Of a stretch of DNA of 32,000 nucleotides, positions 7,349-13,691 are shown piece by piece (within the stretch, counting starts at the first letter, position 1; each line of letters begins with the position of its first letter). The stretch lies in assembly GCF_000195975.1 (NCBI RefSeq), contig NC_005070.1:30001-62000 (forward strand), written 5' to 3'. Below the pieces are notes generated by a model, which saw only the letters and a list, made by a program, of their open reading frames with translations, had not been told where the DNA came from and did no database searches. A program made the position numbers and the translations under genes. The DNA comes from Parasynechococcus marenigrum WH 8102. GTDB lineage: Bacteria > Cyanobacteriota > Cyanobacteriia > PCC-6307 > Cyanobiaceae.

Positions 7349-8968
7349 GTGGGGGATTTGATTTCCGATTCCGGATCGCTCTCCTGCGGGCTTGACCTAT
7401 CGGCTGCCGGACTCATCCGTGTGGTCTGTCCTTTTGACGCCGTCACCCAGGCGCAATTGCGGCGGATCCGGCCCCGTGGTAGTTGGATGGGGCCGTCCAG
7501 GGGCTGGGAGTTTCCTCTGGCGGCAGCTGCAGCGTTGATCCAGGGTTTCGGGACGCGATTTCCTGTTACCCCCCAACTGCAGCAATGGCTGGATTGGTGT
7601 CACCACCCTTTGCCGCCATTGCCCCCCCACCGTGATCTGGTGGCGGCCGCCGATCTGACGATGGCGTTGCGGGATGGCCGGCGGCCACTCCCCCATCAAC
7701 GCAGTGGAGCCCGTTGGCTGCTGGCGAGACGCGGAGCTGTTCTTGCCGATGAGATGGGGCTCGGCAAAACGTTGACGGCACTGCTGGCGGCCAGAGCCAT
7801 GGTCCGCTGCGCTGAGCTGAGAGTCATGGTGGTGGCGCCGGTGGGGCTGCATGCCCATTGGCGCCGGGAAGCGGAGACGGTGGATCTCCAGCCGGAGTTG
7901 GTGAGCTGGGCGCGTTTGCCTGCTGAGCTTCCACCGGCTGGAACGCTGTTGGTGGTGGATGAGGCGCATTTCGCCCAATCCCTGCAGGCCAACCGCACGG
8001 CAGCCCTGTTGCGGCTGGCGCGTCACCCCCGGCTACGGGCGATCTGGATGCTCACGGGTACACCGATGAAAAACGGTCGTCCGGCTCAGCTCTATCCCTT
8101 GCTGGCGGCGATGGACCATCCGATTGCCAGGGATCAACGCCAGTTTGAGGAGCGCTATTGCCAGGGGCATTGGCGTGAGCAGCGGGGGCAACGGCGTTGG
8201 CAGGCCAGTGGTGCCACCCAGCTCGAAGAATTGCGCCGTCTCACACGGCCGCTGATTCTCCATCGCCGCAAGGCTCAGGTGCTGGAGCTGCCGCCCAAGC
8301 AACGCCGTGAGCACCCCATTGCCTTGTCAGACGCTGAATCCCTTGGATTCGACCATCGCATTGATCTGTTGGTGGACGACTTTCGGCGTCGAGCCCTCAA
8401 GGGTGAGGTGCGGTCCGATGCGGAACCGTTGGCGGTGCTGACCGCACTGCGCCGGGTTGCAGCCGAGTTCAAGCTCCCTGCGGCGGAAACCCTCGTGCGA
8501 ACGCTGTTGCAAGCCGGCGAGGCAGTAGTTCTGTTCAGCGGATTTGTGGAACCGCTGCAGTTGTTGCAGCAGCGATTGGGTGGAGCCCTGCTCACCGGTC
8601 GTCAACGGCCGGTGGAGCGGCAGCAGGCGGTGGATTGCTTTCAGCAGGGGGGAGAGGATCTGCTGCTGGCAACTTTTGGTACCGGGGCTCTTGGATTCAC
8701 CCTGCACCGGGCCAGGCATGTGGTGTTGCTGGAGCGCCCCTGGACGCCGGGTGATGTGGCGCAGGCCGAAGACCGCTGCCATCGCCTGGGGATGGAAGAT
8801 GAGGTGCTCACCTGTCATTGGTTGCAGCTGGGGCCGGCGGATCAGCTTGTGGATGGTTTGGTGGCCAGCAAGGCGGAACGGATCGAGATCCTGTTGGGCC
8901 CCCGTCGGTTGACGCTGGAGCGTCAGTCCTTGCCGTTGATGGTGCGGCGTTGTTTGCAGGTGGCCTGA
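7349..8968 (+). CDS. Compact SNF2-family DEAH-box ATPase/helicase with N-terminal HARP-like segment
   Basis: 539 aa. Motif I LADEMGLGKT, motif II VVDEAHFAQS, motif III LTGTPMKNG, C-terminal lobe ERPWTPGDVAQAEDRCHRLG. The start is uncertain: GTG 7349 is the longest option and GTG 7421 is also possible. Confidence 0.85.
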   Translation: MGDLISDSGSLSCGLDLSAAGLIRVVCPFDAVTQAQLRRIRPRGSWMGPSRGWEFPLAAAAALIQGFGTRFPVTPQLQQWLDWCHHPLPPLPPHRDLVAAADLTMALRDGRRPLPHQRSGARWLLARRGAVLADEMGLGKTLTALLAARAMVRCAELRVMVVAPVGLHAHWRREAETVDLQPELVSWARLPAELPPAGTLLVVDEAHFAQSLQANRTAALLRLARHPRLRAIWMLTGTPMKNGRPAQLYPLLAAMDHPIARDQRQFEERYCQGHWREQRGQRRWQASGATQLEELRRLTRPLILHRRKAQVLELPPKQRREHPIALSDAESLGFDHRIDLLVDDFRRRALKGEVRSDAEPLAVLTALRRVAAEFKLPAAETLVRTLLQAGEAVVLFSGFVEPLQLLQQRLGGALLTGRQRPVERQQAVDCFQQGGEDLLLATFGTGALGFTLHRARHVVLLERPWTPGDVAQAEDRCHRLGMEDEVLTCHWLQLGPADQLVDGLVASKAERIEILLGPRRLTLERQSLPLMVRRCLQVA

Positions 8969-9381
8969 CGCACCTCGAGTTCATGGCGAAGCATCGGATC
9001 CGCACCGTCATCCATCAGAGCGATCGCCTGTTCCACATCACGGCAGGCCTGATCGTGCTGGCCGAGCAGGGTCTGCACCAGCGAACGATCCCGCCAGGGT
9101 TCCGGTTGATCTGGGAAGGTTTCCACACTGTTGTTGCAGCGTTGTAGGGCTGAACGCAGCTGATTGGACGCAAGATCCTCCAGGCAGCTGCTGGTGGCCA
9201 GGGTCAAGTCAGTCGTTGGTTGTGGTGCGCTCTGACAGCCGCTGATCAGCAGCAGACCAAGAACCAGGGCGAGGTGAGGACGCCAGCGGTGATCAGTAGC
9301 TGTAACGCTCGGCCTCGCTGGCGGCGTAACCGTCGCTGCTGAAGGAGGTATTGGTCTGGGTTGGCGTTGAGGTGCTGCCAA
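8923..9381 (-). CDS. Hypothetical Cys-rich helical lipoprotein (start uncertain)
   Basis: 152-aa ORF. LALVLGLLLISGC is a lipobox-type signal ending at about residue 49. The mature part is helical with 4 further Cys. The only canonical in-frame start upstream of the signal peptide is ATG 9381. Confidence 0.55.
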   Translation of the reverse strand: MAAPQRQPRPIPPSAATVTPPARPSVTATDHRWRPHLALVLGLLLISGCQSAPQPTTDLTLATSSCLEDLASNQLRSALQRCNNSVETFPDQPEPWRDRSLVQTLLGQHDQACRDVEQAIALMDDGADPMLRHELEVRQATCKQRRTINGKD

Positions 9382-9718
9382 GGCTTGCTGCAGTGGCGGT
9401 GGTTGCCCCGCCGAACAGATCGCCGAGGAACTGACCGCAGTCAGGGAATGTGCCGGGGTCCTTGACCACAGCTTCTGTGATCATCACAGAGGCATGTTCC
9501 GGTGATGTTTTGAACAGTCCGCGGCTCTGCCGCTTGATCAGGGCGTAGGCGGCGTTCCAGCTCACGTCATGGGCATTGCCGCTGCTGCGCATGAAGCAAT
9601 ACACCTGCGCACCCTTTTCTTCGGTGTCGGTGCCTGCCCATGCCGTGCTGGATCCACATAGCAATCCGACGATCACGCCGGCGCTGCACAGAATCCGTTG
9701 GGCGGTGGAGCGAAGCAT
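9293..9718 (-). CDS. Hypothetical secreted protein with Ser/Thr-rich C-terminal tail
   Basis: ORF 9293-9748. The internal ATG at 9718 gives MLRSTAQRILCSAGVIVGLLCGSSTAWA, a typical Sec signal peptide. High GC3. No family recognised. Confidence 0.6.
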   Translation of the reverse strand: MLRSTAQRILCSAGVIVGLLCGSSTAWAGTDTEEKGAQVYCFMRSSGNAHDVSWNAAYALIKRQSRGLFKTSPEHASVMITEAVVKDPGTFPDCGQFLGDLFGGATTATAASLGSTSTPTQTNTSFSSDGYAASEAERYSY

Positions 9719-9764
9719 GAAAGGACACCGTGGCTGAGTTGATCTCAAGGTATCGATGCCAGGG

Positions 9765-10268
9765 TCACTGTCCAGGGCTAATCATCCGGACCACCAGTGG
9801 CAAGACCAGCAGAACGGTGATCAGGCGCACCGCATGCAGTGCGGCCACGGCTGCGCCGACGCCGAATTCCGCTCCCACCAGACTCATGCCGCTGATGCCG
9901 CCAGGAGCGGCTCCAAGCAGCGCGATGACGGGATCGATCCCCAGCAGGCGGCTGCTCCACAGGCCCACCACGATGCCGGTGAGCACCAGGGTGAGAGTGA
10001 TCAGCAACGCCGGTCGCCACAGCGTCTGCAGCTGATCAAGGGAGGTTCGGCTGAGGCCGGTGCCAATCACGGTGCCGATGCCGATTTCCAGGGCTGTGCG
10101 GGTTCCTGATGGCCAGGACGCCTGCTCCAGGCTGCCGCTCATGCTCAGCAGACCAGCGCCCAGGATTGCACCGGCGAGAGGCGCGGCGGGGATACCGCTC
10201 AGCAGCGCCAGCAACCCCACCGTCGTGCCGGCCAGCGTGTAGAGCAGCAGCGTTGCCAGAGGGGGCAT
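9765..10268 (-). CDS. AbrB-family (putative ammonia-monooxygenase-like) integral membrane protein, half-size
   Basis: 167 aa, almost entirely hydrophobic and Gly/Ala/Leu-rich with about 5 predicted TM segments. It resembles the membrane AbrB-duplication family. Assignment is from memory of that family only. Confidence 0.5.
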   Translation of the reverse strand: MPPLATLLLYTLAGTTVGLLALLSGIPAAPLAGAILGAGLLSMSGSLEQASWPSGTRTALEIGIGTVIGTGLSRTSLDQLQTLWRPALLITLTLVLTGIVVGLWSSRLLGIDPVIALLGAAPGGISGMSLVGAEFGVGAAVAALHAVRLITVLLVLPLVVRMISPGQ

Positions 10269-10348
10269 CGGATGCGGTGGCGTGGGATTCCTTGATCTTG
10301 AGCCACCGACGTTCCTGTGTTGTCATCGGCGCAGTGTCGTCCCCGGCC

Positions 10349-10678
10349 ATGAGCTCCTCCGTGTCGTTCAGGATCACGCGCACCGCTGAAGACCTGGCTG
10401 AGACCATCACGGCCCTCACCCAGCGTTTGGTGAAGTTGGAGCAACGCCAGGAAGCGTTGGAGCTTCAAGTGCGTCAGCAGCTGGAGTCGGTTCATCAGGT
10501 GCCTGACGAGGAGTTGGCCACACTCGATGGCATCGAGCAGCTGCTGCAGGAAACACGTCAGTTGCTGCAGTCCACGGACACGCTGGATTTTCCAGTTGCG
10601 CTGGAGGCTTCAGATCTCAGTGATGAGGTGCATGACCACCACGGCCATGACCACCACGGTCACGACATGGCCGCATAG
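10349..10678 (+). CDS. Hypothetical coiled-coil protein with histidine-rich C-terminal tail
   Basis: This is the part of track ORF 10109-10678 that does not overlap the opposite-strand membrane gene, starting at ATG 10349 (109 aa). It has heptad-like LVKLEQRQEALELQVRQQLE and ends HDHHGHDHHGHDMAA. Confidence 0.55.
   Translation: MSSSVSFRITRTAEDLAETITALTQRLVKLEQRQEALELQVRQQLESVHQVPDEELATLDGIEQLLQETRQLLQSTDTLDFPVALEASDLSDEVHDHHGHDHHGHDMAA
10631..10660 (+). repeat. Tandem 15-nt duplication encoding HDHHG twice
   Basis: catgaccaccacggc (10631-10645) is immediately followed by catgaccaccacggt (10646-10660), a 14/15 match, then cacgac. Confidence 0.9.
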
Positions 10679-10716
10679 GGGTGGCCAAAGGTGCCAAAAT
10701 AAAAAGAAAGGCAACT

Positions 10717-10947
10717 ATGGCCCCCACCATCCCTGCCTCAGGTGCTTGCACCGTGACCCATTCATCCACCACGCTTCACGGCATGTCCGTCCGGTCCCGT
10801 TCCGGATTCATTGAAGGTGGTCACCAGCTTGAGAAACTCGAGTTTGCTCTTGCACTTGCTGAAGCACGAGGTGATCAGTCCCGCTGCTCGACCTTGCGTG
10901 ATCGAATTGCAGACCTTGGCGGTAATGCTGAAGAGCCGGGAACCTGA
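10717..10947 (+). CDS. Hypothetical small protein (76 aa)
   Basis: Track ORF 10681-10947. ATG 10717 follows an A-rich leader (aaaataaaaagaaaggcaact). No family recognised. Confidence 0.4.
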   Translation: MAPTIPASGACTVTHSSTTLHGMSVRSRSGFIEGGHQLEKLEFALALAEARGDQSRCSTLRDRIADLGGNAEEPGT

Positions 10948-11016
10948 AAAACGATTGAGTGGAAAGTTGAAAGTTTGCCGGTAAGATTCAGAAAAGATTA
11001 ATTTCTATTGATATTG

Positions 11017-11226
11017 ATGCTTACGATTTCAAAGGCCGATTCATCACTTGATCAGCGTGATGCTTTTTCGCGAGCTGCGCAAAATCTGTTTGACAAAGCC
11101 AAGCTCGTCGCTGAGGGAGGCCAGTATTCAGAAGCTGGCTCGCTAATCCTGAAGGCTCTGGATCAGGAGCGTCGTGCCCAGAGCAGCGGTCCACAAGTGC
11201 TGCAGTTGATTAAACCCAGAAATTAA
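11017..11226 (+). CDS. Hypothetical small helical protein (69 aa) in a low-GC patch
   Basis: Track ORF 11008-11226 (TTG), with an ATG at 11017. Predicted helical. The local GC is far below the window average. No family recognised. Confidence 0.35.
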   Translation: MLTISKADSSLDQRDAFSRAAQNLFDKAKLVAEGGQYSEAGSLILKALDQERRAQSSGPQVLQLIKPRN

Positions 11227-11241
11227 TTTGTTTTGTCGTCA

Positions 11242-11313
11242 AGCGGGCGACCGGATTCGAACCGGCGACGTTCAGCTTGGGAAGCTGACATTCTACCACT
11301 GAATTACACCCGC
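11242..11313 (-). tRNA. tRNA-Gly (anticodon CCC), CCA not encoded
   Basis: The reverse complement folds as a cloverleaf: acceptor GCGGGTG/CGCCCGC, D-arm AGTGGTAGAAT region, anticodon stem TCAGC/GCTGA with loop TTCCCAA, T-arm GCCGG-TTCGAAT-CCGGT, discriminator U. Confidence 0.92.
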
Positions 11314-11336
11314 AAAATGGCGAGATCGCTCTCGCC
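11314..11336 (-). terminator. Hairpin plus short U-run after the aminotransferase gene, abutting the tRNA-Gly 5' end
   Basis: 7-bp stem ggcgaga(11319-11325)/tctcgcc(11330-11336) with a 4-nt loop. On the minus strand it is followed by ATTTT (11318-11314). It lies 10 nt after the stop at 11347-11349 and directly upstream of tRNA position 1 (11313). Confidence 0.45.
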
Positions 11337-11346
11337 GTCTTCTGTT

Positions 11347-12495
11347 TCAGCTGAGTGCTGTTGCTGCTGCCGCGACGCCAGCACCCATGTTGCCGCTGTG
11401 CAAACCCAACGACTGAAGTGTGGCTTCAATGGCGGACACGGCGGTCAAGACATCGCGATCGCAGACATAACCAAGGTGGCCGATGCGGAACACTTTGCCC
11501 TTCAGGTGATCCTGACCGCCCGCCAGAAGGATGTCGTAGCGCTCCTTCACGGCTTTACGCAATTGCTCGGCATCGATGCCATCGGGAGCCACAGCGGTAA
11601 TGGCTGGGCTGCCGTGTCCTTCAGCCGCAAACAACGGCAGGCCGATCGCTTTCATCCCCGCCTGGGCGGCTGATCGGTGGCGGGCATGGCGGGCAAAGAT
11701 CGCTTCCAGGCCCTCGTTCTGCATCATCTCCAAAGCAGCTTCCAGGCCGAAATAGAGATTGACCGCCGGAGTGAAGGGGTTGCTGTTCTTGGTGGCGGTT
11801 TTTCGGTAAGGGCCCAGGTCCAGATAGAACTTCGGCAGATCCGAGCGTTCATAGGCCTGCCAGGCCCGTTCGCCCATGGCCACAAAGCTGAGGCCGGGGG
11901 GAAGCATGTAGCCCTTCTGGGATCCGGAGGCCACCACATCCACGCCCCAGGCGTCCATGGGTACATCGGTGGCCCCGAGGCTGGTGACGCAGTCCGCGAT
12001 GGTCAGGGCGGTGCCGTGGGCCTTCACATGGCGGGCGATGGTCTCCAGGTCGTTAATAACGCCGGTGGACGTCTCGGAATGGGTGAGGATCACCGCTTTG
12101 ATCGCCTTGGCGCTGTCGGCTTCCAGGGCCAGGCGGAAGGCTTCCGTGTCGAGGGGTTGGCCCCACTCGGCTTGGATCACCTCCACCTCCAGTCCGTAGG
12201 CGCGCGCAACCTTCACCCAGCGCTCACCGAATTTGCCGTTGTCGCCGCAGAGCACCTTGTCGCCGCGACTGAGGGTGTTGATGATGCCGGCCTCCATGGC
12301 GGCGGTGCCGCTGCCGGTTATCACCAGCACATCACCCTGGGTCTGGTGCAGCCATTTCAGCTGTTCCGTGGTGCGTTGAACAACGGCCTGGAACTCACCA
12401 CTGCGGTGGCCGATCGGGTGGCGCCCCATGGCCTTGAGCACTGACTCGGGCACCGGGGTCGGACCCGGAATCATCAGGGTGAGCTTGTCCTGCAC
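11347..12495 (-). CDS. Class V aminotransferase (serine-pyruvate/alanine-glyoxylate type; the so-called soluble hydrogenase small subunit, DHSS)
   Basis: PLP-lysine motif VASGSQKGYMLPPG and N-terminal LMIPGPTPVPESVL. I place the start at GTG 12495 (MQDKLTLMIPGP, 382 aa) rather than at the upstream ATGs of the 408-aa track ORF. Confidence 0.88.
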   Translation of the reverse strand: MQDKLTLMIPGPTPVPESVLKAMGRHPIGHRSGEFQAVVQRTTEQLKWLHQTQGDVLVITGSGTAAMEAGIINTLSRGDKVLCGDNGKFGERWVKVARAYGLEVEVIQAEWGQPLDTEAFRLALEADSAKAIKAVILTHSETSTGVINDLETIARHVKAHGTALTIADCVTSLGATDVPMDAWGVDVVASGSQKGYMLPPGLSFVAMGERAWQAYERSDLPKFYLDLGPYRKTATKNSNPFTPAVNLYFGLEAALEMMQNEGLEAIFARHARHRSAAQAGMKAIGLPLFAAEGHGSPAITAVAPDGIDAEQLRKAVKERYDILLAGGQDHLKGKVFRIGHLGYVCDRDVLTAVSAIEATLQSLGLHSGNMGAGVAAAATALS

Positions 12496-12587
12496 GGCGT
12501 GGAGGGAGCCAATCGGCGAGTCTAGAAAACAGCGTCTCATGTCCCATCGCATCCTCTGCTTCGAGCGGCACATCCGGTGGCCTCACC

Positions 12588-13655
12588 TTGCCGGTGTGGG
12601 TGGCCTCAGCGGCGCGGGCAGCCCTGCGAGCGCTGTTGGGGCATCCGTTTGAGCCAAATCAGCAGGTGGTGCAGCCCGATGGTGGTGAGCCTCTACTGGT
12701 GCCGGTGCGTTCGGCGGCTCGGTTGAGCGACGACCAGGCCCTGGCCATCAGCCGCTGTGATCCCGGCCCAGGGTTGGACCTCACCCGCGATCTGGAGATC
12801 TGGGTGCGCGTCGCCTGGACCCCCAGTGCGGATCAAGGCCTTGTGCTCATGCCCGGTGAGGGGGTCGGACGGATTGGTGCCGGGGGTGATGCCTGCCTGT
12901 CGACCTATGCCCGACAGCTGCTGGAGTGCACCCTGCTGCCGTTGTTGCCTCCCGGGCAGGGCCTGGAGGTGGAACCGGTGCTGCCCCGCGGTCGCAGCCT
13001 GGCGGAGCGCACCAGCAATGCCGCCTTCGGTGTGGTGGATGGCTTGGCACTAATCGGAACCCAGGCGGAGGTGCAGCAGAGCGCGGCACCGGAGCAGTTG
13101 GAGCAGGTGCTTCGTGAGCTTCGGGCTCTGGTGGCCGATCCGGGCTTTGGCGGGTCTGTGGCGCTGGTGATCGGTGAAAACGGTCTGGATCTGGCGCGGC
13201 GGGCGGGGCTATCGCCACTGCTGAAGGTGGGTAACTGGCTTGGACCGGTGCTGGTGGCTGCTGCGGAAGCCGGTGTGAAGGATCTGTTGCTGCTGGGTTA
13301 CCACGGCAAATTGATCAAACTGGCTGGTGGCATCTTTCACACCCACCACCACCTGGCAGACGGCAGGTTGGAGGTGCTGACGGCCCTGGGGCTCGACGTA
13401 GGTCTCAGCCTCGAGGAGCTGCGTCACCTGCGTGCCGCAGCATCGGTGGAGGATGCATTCCAACGCCTGAATCCTGAAACGGCGATGGATCTAGGGCGGT
13501 TGCTGGCGGCGACGGTGGAACAGCGCAGCCAGGCTTACATCGCCCGCTATGGCGATTGGTCCTTGCGCATTGCGGCCGTTCTGTTTGACCGGAGCAGGAC
13601 GCTGCGCTGGCGTGGGCCGATGGCGGAAGAGCGCTTCTTTACGCTGCAGGATTGA
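12588..13655 (+). CDS. cbiD: Cobalt-precorrin-5B (C1)-methyltransferase
   Basis: 355 aa with CbiD-like segments FGVVDGLALIGT and LLLGYHGKLIKLAGGIFHTHHHLADGRLE. TTG start, with no other in-frame start upstream. Confidence 0.85.
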   Translation: MPVWVASAARAALRALLGHPFEPNQQVVQPDGGEPLLVPVRSAARLSDDQALAISRCDPGPGLDLTRDLEIWVRVAWTPSADQGLVLMPGEGVGRIGAGGDACLSTYARQLLECTLLPLLPPGQGLEVEPVLPRGRSLAERTSNAAFGVVDGLALIGTQAEVQQSAAPEQLEQVLRELRALVADPGFGGSVALVIGENGLDLARRAGLSPLLKVGNWLGPVLVAAAEAGVKDLLLLGYHGKLIKLAGGIFHTHHHLADGRLEVLTALGLDVGLSLEELRHLRAAASVEDAFQRLNPETAMDLGRLLAATVEQRSQAYIARYGDWSLRIAAVLFDRSRTLRWRGPMAEERFFTLQD

Positions 13656-13691
13656 CGCTCGACCCAGAGCGACAGACACCTTTCAGGAGCG

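Noticed and set aside
10800-10812. The 8-nt match ccggattc to the T-arm region of tRNA-Gly, considered as a possible att-site remnant delimiting an islet.
   Set aside because: An 8-mer match is expected by chance in a window of this size. The match breaks immediately on both sides and lies inside a plausible ORF.
11233-11673. A 146-aa plus-strand ORF spanning the tRNA-Gly gene and the 3' end of the aminotransferase gene.
   Set aside because: It is read through a well-folded tRNA on the opposite strand and through a strongly supported CDS. Its translation has no features of a real protein.
12496-12587. Possible cobalamin riboswitch upstream of cbiD. TPP riboswitches near thiG (21647-21682) and thiL were also considered.
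   Set aside because: These intergenic regions are only about 35-92 nt, too short for these aptamers. I could not find a B12-box-like or TPP-type conserved core by eye.
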